Source: Candidatus Latescibacterota bacterium (lineage in GTDB: Bacteria > Latescibacterota > UBA2968 > GCA-2709665). From it: a stretch of DNA of 64,000 nt. The stretch covers positions 2,944,001-3,008,000 of the forward strand of contig OZ250150.1 in assembly GCA_965237675.1 (NCBI GenBank), given 5' to 3'. Shown here piece after piece: positions 9,967 to 21,207 of this stretch. The notes beneath the pieces were generated by a model. That model did no database searches, was not told the origin of the DNA, and saw only the letters and a program-made list of their open reading frames with translations. Made by a program: the position numbers and the translations under genes. Every line of letters starts with the position of its first letter. The stretch's first letter is position 1.

Positions 9967-10150
9967 TCACTTTACAGGAAAATCGAAGTAGCTATCCGGA
10001 AAGGGTTCATTTACAAGCGTATAGTGCCACCATTCCTTGTCGCAATTTACAAAACCGTTCTCTTCCATCAACGTCTTCAGTAGATGGCGGTTGCGTTTTT
10101 GTTGGTCCGTGATACGGGGATCCGCCGTATTGGACAGCGTGTCGAAAAAA
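9967..10150 (-). pseudogene. C-terminal fragment of VanX/DdpX (M15) D-Ala-D-Ala dipeptidase
   Basis: NRHLLKTLMEENGF...EWWHYTL..EPFPDSYFDFPV; N-terminal part with SxHxxG motif absent. Confidence 0.8.
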
Positions 10151-10204
10151 AGTGAACCTTTACCCGTCGGCGTGCGCCTTGCAGTGTAGAGGAAAGGCGA
10201 TCGA

Positions 10205-11590
10205 ATGACCAATCAAGGCGACCAACAATTGGCGAAGCTGGTGCGGGAGGGCAACGAGGCCGCGTTCGTTACCTTGATCCGACGTTACGAGCGCGTCCTG
10301 GCGGGGCTGATCCGCTCACGGATCGGTTCCGGCGAACAGGTGCAGGACGTGTTGCAGGAAACCCTGGTCCACGCCTGGCGCGGTCTGCGCCGGGATACCC
10401 CCCGCGACGTGCGTCCGTGGCTGCTGCAGGTAGCCCGAAACCGCTGTCGCGACTACTTCAGGTCGTCCCAACGCCGCGAATTGTACGTCCGGACCGAAAC
10501 CCTGGCGCCCCTGGTCAATCGCCTCGGCATCGCTCTGTCCCGTCAACGCGAAGCGGCGAGGGCCATCGTGGAGGCCATGGATGAAGTGCCCGACCGCGAA
10601 CGGGCCGCCTTGCGGGCTTTTTATCTGGACGGTCTGAGCATTGCCGAAATCGCTGCCCGTCACCGCTGTCCCGATGGTACGGTCAAGCGCCGGCTCTCGT
10701 ACGGGCGCGACCGTATCCGGACGGCATTGGGAGTCACCCTAACGACGAGGAAGACCGACATGAAGACAACAAAACAAGCTTTCCCGCCACAACGGCCTGA
10801 AATACGCATTCGCCCGAGCCGGGAGAAACTCTTCCGCGTCGATTTCAAGGAAATGGCATGGTGGTTCGTACAGCCGGAAGTCGGCGATCGGGTCGCAAAA
10901 GGCCACTATGATCGTATGGAAGACAGCCATGGCATATGGCGCCTTTGCGAAACCGTCCGGCTCACCGCCCGCCGGCCGGCGGTGAGCCACGGACGACCCT
11001 GTGTCGAGGTTAAGGTCGAGGAGATGAATTTCGGGAAGACGTCAAACAAGGAAAAGATCCGCATTACAAGGGTCTGGGGGCGTTTGGCTGATGACGAGGC
11101 GGAGTGGATCGCTGTAGAATCGGAAAAGCCCGACGGCGTGATAGAACTGACGACCTTTCTGGACGAAAGATTCCACGACGAATGGTGGGGTTCACCGCGG
11201 GTGGTCGAGGACTGCGGATGCTTGTCCGAACGGTCTGATGGCACCTGGGTCAGACAGCCAGATGCCCCCGCCATGACAGGCGCGGGCGTGTTCGACGTCC
11301 ACGTCGGAGGTCGTCAGTTCACCTGTTTGCGCGTCTTTGAAGTCAAGAAAAACGCCACTGAGCGAGACGTTCTGATTGAGGCCTATATTACCCGCGCCGG
11401 ACGCACGGTGCTGTTCCGGCGATATAGCGGAAGCCGCTGGGGCAAGCGCGACGCCCCGCCGCACAACTGGGGCGAAGCGCTGACATGGGAAGAAGACCTG
11501 CCGGCGAACGACCGCATCGTCATCGACGGGGTGACCTACGTACATCACTACGACACCCTGACGGCGGCGGCCTGTGGTATTGTGGATTGA
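10205..11590 (+). CDS. ECF sigma-70 factor with long C-terminal extension
   Basis: Region 2 DVLQET...WLLQVARNRCRD, region 4 GLSIAEIA...GTVKRRLSYGR, then ~280 aa unknown domain. Confidence 0.85.
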   Translation: MTNQGDQQLAKLVREGNEAAFVTLIRRYERVLAGLIRSRIGSGEQVQDVLQETLVHAWRGLRRDTPRDVRPWLLQVARNRCRDYFRSSQRRELYVRTETLAPLVNRLGIALSRQREAARAIVEAMDEVPDRERAALRAFYLDGLSIAEIAARHRCPDGTVKRRLSYGRDRIRTALGVTLTTRKTDMKTTKQAFPPQRPEIRIRPSREKLFRVDFKEMAWWFVQPEVGDRVAKGHYDRMEDSHGIWRLCETVRLTARRPAVSHGRPCVEVKVEEMNFGKTSNKEKIRITRVWGRLADDEAEWIAVESEKPDGVIELTTFLDERFHDEWWGSPRVVEDCGCLSERSDGTWVRQPDAPAMTGAGVFDVHVGGRQFTCLRVFEVKKNATERDVLIEAYITRAGRTVLFRRYSGSRWGKRDAPPHNWGEALTWEEDLPANDRIVIDGVTYVHHYDTLTAAACGIVD

Positions 11591-11662
11591 GGGTGGGTCG
11601 TCCGCGCGGAGGGCGCCGCTTCCCCGGGCCAATCGCCCGCGATGCGTCGCAATACGGATCGT

Positions 11663-12241
11663 CTATCGCACGCGACGGTAGGTCATGGTGTGAGACATCG
11701 TTTTCTTGCCTTGATCGTACATCGACCAGGTCTGCGACATCCCGTCCGCCCCGTCGAAAGCGATCGAGACGGCGTGCATGTGCGGCTCGTCGGATGAATC
11801 GAGAGAGCCCTCGACCAGTTCCAGCGTAATCACCCCTTCGGTGGAACCGGTCAGGCTCATCTGCGGTTGATTGCCGAGCGCGCAATAGTGGGTCATCCAC
11901 AACTTGCCGCCCCGGTCGTGGTACACGGAGATCATCTCTTTTGGGGTATCGGGGAAGTCGCGCTCTACGATCACGCTGCCGTTGGCGGCCACCCGGTACT
12001 CGGTCGCGACCTTATTTATCGCGCCTTTCTTGCCTTCGGAGCCCTCGCCCCCGGGCATTGGGAGTTCCGACTCCCAGCGCCCTGCCAGCGCTTTCAGTCG
12101 CTCGAACTCCGGCGATCCCACGTATGCCTTCGGATGCATGCCGCCTTCCCCTTCGGCCGACGTCCCACCCTTGTTCCCGGCGTATACCGAAATAGCGGCG
12201 ATCGCGAGCAGAACTGGCAGAACGATTGTGGCTCTTTTCAT
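11663..12241 (-). CDS. Conserved exported hypothetical protein
   Basis: Signal peptide MKRATIVLPVLLAIAAISVYA; FERLKALAGRW, MISVYH...THYCALGNQP, HMH; GAAAGGAG RBS. Confidence 0.75.
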   Translation of the reverse strand: MKRATIVLPVLLAIAAISVYAGNKGGTSAEGEGGMHPKAYVGSPEFERLKALAGRWESELPMPGGEGSEGKKGAINKVATEYRVAANGSVIVERDFPDTPKEMISVYHDRGGKLWMTHYCALGNQPQMSLTGSTEGVITLELVEGSLDSSDEPHMHAVSIAFDGADGMSQTWSMYDQGKKTMSHTMTYRRVR

Positions 12242-12411
12242 ACGGGTTGCTCCTTTCCGAGACATTGGATTAGTGGGTTCGCGGCAAGGACAAAAAAGTT
12301 GGCAAGTCCACAGTCAAATCCGGTTTCTATTGCGTCCTTTAATGTGGATTGCGCTCCTTTATGTACGGCTCCGGCTTTATCCAACTGCGTCGTCAGGCAC
12401 CTTATCTTGCA

Positions 12412-13287
12412 TCAGCCCAAAGAATCAGCAACGTACTTCGGCTTCTTTGCCATCATTCGCCAAGATTTGCCCGTGAGTATCCATTTGGTGGCAGCGTCGA
12501 CCGGATTAACAATAGGAAGCACTTGATAGAGACCGTTGTCATCTTTTTCTACAACATAGAGATACCAAGATACTCTCCCATGCTCATCCATCGCTTCAAT
12601 CGCTTTTCGGACCTGCGCACGGCCCAATTCCACAACTTCGTCGTCGTCCCAGCGACAACCCCTACCCTTGACCTCGATCAGCCGGACCTCACCGGATTTC
12701 GGGTCCGTGCTTCGGATATCCCATCCTGTCTGACGGGGATTCCCAATTTGCGGCATTCGACCCATGTCGCTCTCATATCGCGCAGCGATCCGACGGTACT
12801 CTTCGTCACCGAGTTCCCCATCCAAGTTCCGGCTGATCTTACCGCCATCGTTCGAGACCTCGTTATCGTTACTTGGCGTGATTTCGCCCTTGAGTGTCTT
12901 CTTCAACTGCTCCGCATGGTAGTTCTGTTTGGCATAAGCTCTCCCTTTGGGGTAATTGCCGCCTGTCGAATCGGACTCGTTATTATTGTCGCTTTCGGAC
13001 GTAAGAGTCTGAATGTCATTTGGTTCTTTTGTTTTAGGAGGATCAGTGTGGCCACGTTCAGAAGTCCTAAAGGAGTCTGTTTGATCCGTGGCCTCAGTCG
13101 TGCCAGTTTTGCTATTGGCCCCAGTTTCAGTTCCAACCGCCGTTCGGGACGTTTCATCTACCGAATCCGCCCAATCTCCTGTGTGTCTTTCTGCCATGAA
13201 CTCTTTCGGTACCTCAAAGTCCTGTGCAAGGGCTCGCCGGAATTTGTCGGCGGCCAATACGAAGTCTTCGCTGTAATCGATTGCACC
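12412..13287 (-). pseudogene. 3' part of IS-interrupted ATPase-nuclease gene: DUF3883/NOV-C PD-(D/E)xK domain
   Basis: GWDIRS...RLIEVKG motif; in frame with 14471-18157 once the IS and one TA are removed. Confidence 0.8.
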
Positions 13288-14378
13288 TAGTGTCCCGTCC
13301 CAGAAATAGCTTTACAAAATCGTTCGACTTTTTGGATGATCGATTGTGCGGTGGCGGTCCAGAGGAAAGGCTTCGACGTGTCGTTGTAGTTGTCGGTGAA
13401 GGTTTGTATTCTGTCGATAAGTTCATTGACAGATCTGAAGGAGCCGCGCCTGATGGCCTTCTGAGTGATGATATTGAACCAGATCTCGACCTGGTTGAGC
13501 CAGGATGCGTAGGTCGGTGTAAAGTGAACGTGGTATCTGGGTCTTTGTGAAAGCCATCGTTTCACTTTGGTGTGTTTGTGCGTACAATAGTTGTCGACGA
13601 TCAAATGCACATCGAGATCATCAGGGACGTTTTGGTCGATGTGGTTGAGAAACTGCAAAAACTCCTGGTGGCGGTGCCTGCGCTTGCATTGCGTCAACAC
13701 CTCGCCCGAGGCAATGTCCAGGGCAGCGAACAACGTCGTGGTGCCGTGGCGGCGGTAATCGTGCGTCACGCCCTCCACATATCCCAGCCCCATCGGCAAA
13801 AGCGGCTGGGTACGCTCCAACGCCTGCGTCTGGCTTTTCTCGTCGACACAAAGCACTATCGCAGAATCCGGTGGGTCCAGATACAGACCGACGATGTCGT
13901 GGACTTTTTCTGTGAAGAAGGGATCGTTAGATAGCTTGAAGTGCTTCTGACGGTGTGGCGCAATCCCCAATGTGGACCAGATACGTTGCACCTCGGATTT
14001 GGATATCTTCGTTTCGGCAGCGATGGAACGACACGTCCAATGGGTGCTGCCGTCTTCGGGTTTTGTGGTCAGCGTCTTGCGGATCAGTGCGGTGATGTCT
14101 TCGGCCTCAACCGTGCGTGGTCTGCCCGAACGGCGTTCATCATACAGACCCATTAATCCTTGCTGGAGAAAGCGGTTACGCCAGGTGATGACGCTCTGCT
14201 GGCTCAGCCCGACTTTTTGGGCAATCACCCGGTTACTGAGACCTTCGACGCTCATCAAGACGATCTTGGCACGTCGCACGAGACCATGCGACAACGTACG
14301 AGAGGTTGAAAGTGAGTTGAGTTCCTCACGGACCTGGCCAGACAACACAATGGGCTTCCGAGGACGACCGCGTCCCAT
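13287..14378 (-). CDS. IS630 family DDE transposase
   Basis: [41 protein letters not shown]; stop TAG includes the target TA. Confidence 0.95.
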   Translation of the reverse strand: MGRGRPRKPIVLSGQVREELNSLSTSRTLSHGLVRRAKIVLMSVEGLSNRVIAQKVGLSQQSVITWRNRFLQQGLMGLYDERRSGRPRTVEAEDITALIRKTLTTKPEDGSTHWTCRSIAAETKISKSEVQRIWSTLGIAPHRQKHFKLSNDPFFTEKVHDIVGLYLDPPDSAIVLCVDEKSQTQALERTQPLLPMGLGYVEGVTHDYRRHGTTTLFAALDIASGEVLTQCKRRHRHQEFLQFLNHIDQNVPDDLDVHLIVDNYCTHKHTKVKRWLSQRPRYHVHFTPTYASWLNQVEIWFNIITQKAIRRGSFRSVNELIDRIQTFTDNYNDTSKPFLWTATAQSIIQKVERFCKAISGTGH

Positions 14379-14470
14379 GGTTCTCTCCTTTCCCGATGGG
14401 TGTAAGAAGCGTGTAGAGAGAACATAGGACAGGCTCAATAAATAGTCAAGTTACTTTAGGGACAAAACAC
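13290..14470 (-). mobile_element. IS630 family insertion sequence
   Basis: TA duplication at 13288-13289 and 14471-14472; imperfect IRs GTGTCCCGTCCCAGAAATAGCTT / GTGTTTTGTCCCTAAAGTAACTT. Confidence 0.93.
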
Positions 14471-17400
14471 TAGCATCCCGGTGAGATAAGCTGCGAGGTC
14501 GCCACGCTGGCCGAAGGAAAAGGAACGAAGCAGTTCCTTTGCACCGTCCGACGCGAATTGAACGGGAGACCCCGCGATGTGCAGAATGCCCTCGTGTAAA
14601 CGCGCGTTAACCGGAACGTGTTCGCTCTTGTCATCGGCTATACTTACATTTAAGGCAATTACATCAACGTAAATCAGCCGGAGTTTAGTGCCGCTTTCTG
14701 TTGCCAAATCGTTGTCTTCGTCTCGGGGACGACCCCGAACGTGCCACAGAAGTTCATAAATCAGATCGAACCTGGAATCCCAATCTCTTGGGGCATTCAC
14801 TTCCTTTCCGAAATCCCATTCTATGTTGACGGAAGACGATAGGAGCCTCATACCTAACGCGTTCGCGGTGCGAAGCTGTGCAGACCGAGACCGCCCAAAG
14901 TGTCCGGTCGTGGCGAATCGCATATTGATTTTGTTTGGGAAAAACCTTCGATCTTCGATGTCATCGAAGTAGATGTCTGACGCCCCGATCAAATCAACCC
15001 AACTTCCTTCAGTGAAGATCCGGGCATGCGGTACTGCCTTGTCCCAACGTTGGGAAAGTTCGCTGTCCGTGGCGCAATCTTCTAGGCAATAGACATAGGC
15101 AGTCGGTAAGACGTCGCGAATCTCGGTCGCCAATGTTTGGTTCGTCGAACGGGACCGTTCCCAGACATCACGAACATAATCTAACGCTTGGTCGCCGGAT
15201 GTTGTATTGGGAAATTTTAGTGGAAAATCCAGGTGCTGCAACTCAGTCTGTAATGGTTCCTCGAGCTGGCTTAGCGGCACAATCCAACCACCGAGTGGAC
15301 CGCGCAGAATTCCTCCTATGCCACCGACGATTCGTATCAACGGAACACGCTTGTGATTCCCGAACGGTACGGTGAGGTGTCGCAGAGTCTCTTTGAAATG
15401 AAGCCGATCTTTATCGGTTGTCACCTTCTCCCGGCATTCTGATAGCAGCTGAGCAAGCTCTTCTGCATTGAGTTGCGAGCCAACCTTTGAGAGTCTGTGG
15501 AGCGGCGTAGCCAAAGGGACAGCCGTCCCAAATTTCACGCCTTCCTGATCCAATATGGATAGAAGCTCGGCTGACAATTGCGCGACAGGTGCGTCGTTGC
15601 GCGCCGGTTCTGGTTCCGGAAGCACATCTCGCGGGCGTCTGAGTTCCGTGTCGCCACAGGGTACCCACGCGAGTTTGGCTAGTTTGAACACCCAAGCGCT
15701 TTTTGCACTTCCCGCCTTGCTATAGTGGGTATAATAGAAATACGAGCACTTTCGCCTTCCAGTTCCTATCAAGACATTTCTGCCGTCATCGATCCAATCC
15801 GCTAAAGCCGATCGTAGTTCCTTGGGCGAGTCGGAATCTGGAAGGCGCGGAATGATATCGTAGTCCAATAACGTATAGCCGCTGTCATTCGACTCGTAGA
15901 TCGAATCCGCTTCGAAACCGAGAAACTCTCTTACCTGATCTTTCCGCCATCGGCTAGCATGGTCTTTTAGGGTCTGTACTTTTAGCCTTCCCTTGATGCT
16001 GGTTTCCTCAAAGAACGTTCGCCACGATGTCGAGCTTGCACTGCTTTGATCCGTATTAAGGTAAGCTGCCGAGACCGCGGGCGTTGTTGGAAATAGGCAC
16101 CGACGGACGGCCCCGTGCTCCACATATGGATCTGCCAGGAGTGCCTCCTCTATAGCCACACCCCGTGTGCCATTCTTCGTTTCGACGAGAACGTGTGTCA
16201 ATACATCTGCTCGATTTCGGTGCCTCGCCCATTGCCCTAGGGAGATTAGCACGGGCCAATTTGGTTTTGACGAAGCCATCAATGCATTCACTGCATCACC
16301 GACGACGTCTCTAAGCCTGATGCTTGAAGCATGCTCCTCAATCCAATTCCAAGCACGCAACATTATAGTATGTTCAGCTTCCTTTAGTCTACGTCGGCGA
16401 AGGACGGAGACCCATTCGTCCTTCAGGCGATCTTCAGGGACGAACGGCATTACGAATTCGCGCATCTCAGGTCCGCCCGGCTCTTTGCTTGACGGAAGTG
16501 CCTCGTTTAGGAATCCCACTTTTCCCACAGATAGCCACTTTCCATTGGCGGTTCGGACGCAGCGCAACTCGGCATCCCGCCACCCTTCATCGGAAGTTAA
16601 TTCGGCAACTGCCGCCCAAATGCGAAAGAGCAGGTGTGGACGGTTTGCTTTGTCGCCTGAAAGCGCTTGCCACCAACTTTCCAGGCCACCCTTCCACACA
16701 CTCCCGAATTTAGCAGGCGTCATAACGGTGAGAAGACCGATTTGGCGCAGCAACTTGAGTGCACCGGGTCCAAAGACATCTTCCCTTAGTACGGGCCCTT
16801 TAAGGAGAACCGCTGGCCGCAACTCCGGATGTCTCCTGAATGCCATCGCTAGCGGTGAAGGCGGAACGAGAGTATCGCTAGCTTTTGCGAACCCGAACGC
16901 ATCCACTTTCTCGGTCCACACGGGGAAAACGGCCGCATGCATTAGACGGTCTCGGAGCCGCGATAGCCAATTTTCTTTTGCCAGGAGCGATTCTAGTCCG
17001 CCTGATTCCAGCGATGGCAAGCTGAGACATGCAAAAGCAGCTCTCGCTGCTTTACATTCCGTAATCGTATCGGCGGTCCAATTGAGGAACTGCACCAATA
17101 TGTCCGCGATCCTGTCAACGATATCACGTTGCCAAGAATTTTCCTCGATCTCCCGCAGGCCACTCCGCGAGATGTTTAATAACCAGTCGGCATTAATGTG
17201 AAGCCCAAAGGGCAAGGTAACCTCAGTGGGTAATGTGGCGTACACCCGCCCTCTGGTTGGTGGCGTCGGAATACCGTCATTGTCGAGGGGAAGCACTCCC
17301 AGCACTCTGCGCGGGCGACAGGCGTCGGCATACACGCTCTCGCGTTCTTCACATGAAGGCTGGATTCTCCGGTGTTCGAGAAAGCAGGCAACTGATTCCT

Positions 17401-18157
17401 TTGAAGGTTCGAATTCTACCGGGAACAGTCGCCAAGTCTGCTTCTCGTCTTCGGATCGCGCGGTCGCTTCCGAGGTTCCGTCAAGCTCCTTGGCGACCTC
17501 CAGTTCCCACACCCGACCGTTCAATTCGAGACGCTCCAGCTTGGACGCCGCCAAGATCGCGAGGGGGGTGCGATCATTTTCAGGGAGAAGGCGCGACAAG
17601 TCGGCTTCAAGATGCGCTCCTTCATCCGTACGTCGGCGCAACTCGAAACGAGTTGTAAATCCGTGCTCAGGCGTTGCGATTGCATCATCCCAAGCCGGGA
17701 TTACTGCTCCCAACAAGTCGGTCTGCACGTCACCAAATTCCTCGCCAACGACCTGCGTAATGTTATAACGAAAGGACCAACCCCACCCGGAGATCCGCGC
17801 TTCCTTAAAACGCATAAAAACGCTCTTGAAACCGATGCCCATGTAGCCCACCGAAGTGGCACCTTTAGTAGATCGGAAAACTTTCGAAAGCCCCTCAACA
17901 TCCCTCTCTCTTAGCGGATGATCCCCATCGTGTTGGAAGGTCAAAGCATCGCCTTCTTCGGTGAGGCGAATTGATATGGAGCGTGCTCCTGCATCAAGTG
18001 CATTTTGGACCAGTTCGAAGAGGTAGACCCAACTGTGCTCGAAGGTCAACTCGAATACACGCAGTGTGCTTCGCCCGTCCGGTGTTCCATAGAATTTCCG
18101 GTTTTCATCGGCTAGCTTTTCGACAAACTTACTGCGATTTTTATCTACGCGGTTCAT
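14471..18157 (-). pseudogene. 5' part of sacsin-like GHKL ATPase/nuclease gene, interrupted by IS630
   Basis: LFELVQNALDA, HDG, STK, VGYMGIGFKSVF GHKL motifs; LPFGLHINADWLLNISR; current stop lies inside IS end. Confidence 0.85.
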
Positions 18158-18438
18158 ACAAGGTACTCGATCATAAATTGTTCATTGTGTTTGCATTCGG
18201 CTGCGAAATTTAGCGCAAGAAAACCCCCGTCTCGTGACGTTCTCACTAGCCGGTAATTCCTGACAATCTGACACTATCGAGCACAGCGAAAACCGTATCG
18301 ACGTCGCCCAATCGCATCTTGCCGTTGGGCTGCTTTGGAGTCGCGCCGCAACGCGCAAAGGGTAAGACTTTGGATCGACATCATCGTCGAATTCTCACGT
18401 GTGGTTCCGCAGGAAGAGGGGCATTCGACGATCCGTCC

Positions 18439-19352
18439 CTAACCCTTCAACATCGCCTCGATGTATGTGTCCTTGTCCTCTTCTTGAAACAGAATGTGGC
18501 GCTTCTGCATCTCGCTCATTTCCATGTCCCACTGCCTTCGCATCGTCGCGGACGGCGTGTTCGAGATTATGAAGGAATCTAAACGTACGGCCGGGTCGCC
18601 GAGGCGTTCTTCAATCTTCTTGACAGTCTCGTGAAACTGGATCCTCAAATCTCCGGGTTCAAGGTTCCGGATCCCCTTGGGGTCTACGAATATGACCTGC
18701 TGGTCGCCGCCTGAAAGTAACCACAAGATAAAGTCGGGATGGAAGTTGCCGGCTTCAGAAAAGCCAATACCGCGACCCCTGCTGAGATTTCGAAGGAGGT
18801 AAAATTCTCGTGCCTTGAAGAAGCTCGGCTTTCGGTCGTAGAAAGCCTTCAGGTCCTCGACAAACTGTCGCTCCCCCTTATTCAGGGGTGCGGGGGTGAC
18901 CTCCACTACGTTTGTATCCAGAAAGAGCAAAGGCTGGTAAAGGTGCTTGGTGAAACAAATCGCCTTCAAACCTTGGAATTCCCACGATTTTAGCTTTCCC
19001 GCTTGGACTATTTTCTTGAGTTCGTTGAGCTTTGATACGAACTCGTCGTGTGTGTTGTTAACGAAGACGCGGTACCCGTTGTTTGGTGAGTCCTTTACTA
19101 ACAGGAAATTTGGATCGTCGTTTTCGAGGTAACGATATTCGAGGTGTGGAAGCTCCCATTCGTTTTTTTGAAAAGTGTAGTAACGCTCCAAGTACTTCTT
19201 GAGTAGTGCGACTGCGATGTCCTTCCAGAGGCGCACCCGTTCGAACGAATCGCCGACCAATTCTTCGGCGGGAATCTCCAATTGATACCAATTATGTTCC
19301 GAGAGAAGCGACTCGATGCCCTGTCGTGTGAGATTCAGGTATGAACTTCCAT
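18439..19352 (-). pseudogene. C-terminal part of type III restriction Res-like endonuclease
   Basis: [41 protein letters not shown]; no helicase motifs, 5' truncated near tRNA. Confidence 0.75.
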
Positions 19353-19547
19353 AGAGGGAATCCCGGCTTACCTGCCTGTCAGGATGATCGACGCCATTGG
19401 CCACCATTCCAGGACGGGATCGTCCTATCAATCCGGAAGGCCCAGTAGATTGAAATTTCTTTCGATGGCGAATGGGGCGGGATGAAGGGAAGGGCGGGCT
19501 GATTCAGAACGCAACAGCCTATTTATAAATGGATAATACAATTAAAC

Positions 19548-19622
19548 TGGTGACCCCGAGGGGAATCGAACCCCCGTTGCCGGGATGAAAACCCGGTGTC
19601 CTAACCTCTGAACGACGGGGTC
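19548..19622 (-). tRNA. tRNA-Glu(TTC)
   Basis: GACCCCG acceptor stem, CCGGG-TTTTCAT-CCCGG anticodon arm, GGTTCGATTCC, CCA end. Confidence 0.97.
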
Positions 19623-19856
19623 ACCCGTATCAGGGGTCGAAATGTACAGAAATCGTATTTCGCTGTCAAGTTAATCATTTCGAATACGGGGGACCGGGAC
19701 GTCGTGTTCTGAACCGGAATACGCTTGACAATTCCAGTTGATTTTTGTTTATTCATTAGGCTTAAATCCGCCTTTAATCCCGCTATTGAAACGAATGTTT
19801 TCGCCTGGCCCAAAAGAGGGAACACGCGTTAAGTGAGCTGTCTGACTTCTTCAGGT

Positions 19857-19933
19857 GGGCGATTAGCTCAGCTGGTTAGAGCGCTGGTTTCACATACCAG
19901 AGGTCGCTGGTTCGAGTCCAGTATCGCCCACCA
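19857..19933 (+). tRNA. tRNA-Val(CAC)
   Basis: GGGCGAT acceptor, CTGGT-TTCACAT-ACCAG anticodon arm, GGTTCGAGTCC, CCA end. Confidence 0.97.
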
Positions 19934-19997
19934 TGATCCCAGCAGCGAGGCAGCAATGGTCTGTCCGCGGATAAAGCGGAACAGCCGGCAATCGTCA

Positions 19998-20033
19998 GGG
20001 TGCATTCGTCAAACGAATGCGCCTTTCTTTTTT
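19998..20033 (+). terminator. Intrinsic terminator-like hairpin after tRNA-Val
   Basis: GGGTGCATTCG-TCAAA-CGAATGCGCC followed by T-rich run. Confidence 0.6.
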
Positions 20034-20047
20034 ATTGGAGTTCGCGT

Positions 20048-20761
20048 ATGAAAGAAAGCCTGCATAGACTCTTGAACCTGCAACACGTCGATAGGGAACT
20101 GGACAAACTCAGAAAGGTACAGACAGATTACCCGGAAACAATCGCGGAAATTCGCACGAAGCTGGAAACCGCAAAACAGGCGGTGGACGTCAAGAAGCAG
20201 CAGGCTGCGGACCTCGAAAAGAACCAGCGTCAGCTGGAGGGTGAACTGGAGACCATACAGGCGGATCTGAAAAAACACCAGGACCGTCTATACGAGGTCA
20301 AAACGAACCGGGAATACGATGCGCTCCAGATCGAAATTGAAGTCCTGAGTAACCGGGCCGACGAAAACGAGACCATGATCCTTGAGGGCATCGAGCAACA
20401 CGATGACCTTAAAGAAATGTTGAAGGAAGAAAAAAGCGCATTTAAGGCGCTGAAAGCCGAATATCTCGCGAAGATTCAGGATCTGCAAAGCCGCCTGGAT
20501 CGTGTCGACGAAGACGTCAGTGGCTGGCAGGAACAGCGGGCGGTTGCGGAAACCCATGTGGAAGTCCGGGTCCTGTCCACGTACCACCGGATCCGGGCCG
20601 TCGTCAAAGACGGGGTCGCCGTGGTACCAATTGGCAAGGGTTCCTGCGGCGGGTGTTTCAGGCAGTTGCCGCCGCAGCGGCGCATGGAGGTCCGGCGTCA
20701 GGACCGGATCCTTCGCTGCGAGAACTGCGGCCGCATCCTGGTGTGGCGGGAAGAACCGTAA
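20048..20761 (+). CDS. Coiled-coil C4 zinc-ribbon protein (DUF164/CT398-like)
   Basis: Long coiled coil, KTNREYDAL, CGGC...CENCGRIL. Confidence 0.92.
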   Translation: MKESLHRLLNLQHVDRELDKLRKVQTDYPETIAEIRTKLETAKQAVDVKKQQAADLEKNQRQLEGELETIQADLKKHQDRLYEVKTNREYDALQIEIEVLSNRADENETMILEGIEQHDDLKEMLKEEKSAFKALKAEYLAKIQDLQSRLDRVDEDVSGWQEQRAVAETHVEVRVLSTYHRIRAVVKDGVAVVPIGKGSCGGCFRQLPPQRRMEVRRQDRILRCENCGRILVWREEP

Positions 20762-20762
20762 C

Positions 20763-21176
20763 GTGGCCGTATTCACCGTCTATGTAGACGGCGCGGCCAG
20801 AGGCAACCCCGGCCCGGCCGGTATCGGCATCAGGGTTGAACTCGAAGGCGAGGTTCTGAAGGAATATTCCAGTTTTATCGGCAATGCCACCAACAACGTT
20901 GCCGAATACAAGGCCCTGATCAAGGGGTTGGAGATCGTCCGGGGATTGGGCGCGACCCGCATCAATGCCAACTCGGACAGTGAGTTAATCGTCAGACAGA
21001 TGAACGGCCGCTACCGGGTCAAGAGCGCCACCCTGGCGCCCCTGTACCAGAAAGCCAGTGAGCTTGTCCGGTCATTTGAGGGATACCGGATCCGTCACGT
21101 CCCGAGGTCGGAAAATCAGCACTCAGACCGACTGGCCAATCAGGGAATAACGGACGCTTTGAAATTGAAACGATGA
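20763..21176 (+). CDS. rnhA: Ribonuclease HI
   Basis: VDGAARGNPGPAG, TNNVAEY, SDSELIVRQM, HVPRSENQHSDRLAN; GTG start. Confidence 0.93.
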   Translation: MAVFTVYVDGAARGNPGPAGIGIRVELEGEVLKEYSSFIGNATNNVAEYKALIKGLEIVRGLGATRINANSDSELIVRQMNGRYRVKSATLAPLYQKASELVRSFEGYRIRHVPRSENQHSDRLANQGITDALKLKR

Positions 21177-21207
21177 GCCGCCCGGCGGTTCATGAATCAA
21201 CAATATC

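Noticed and set aside
412-12300. Integron cassette array (Nudix, VOC, methyltransferase and TA content)
   Set aside because: Mixed orientations, no recurring attC (RYYYAAC...GTTRRRY) structures and no intI
12250-12410. attR duplication of the tRNA-Glu 3' end
   Set aside because: No TGGTGACCCCG-like copy found by eye
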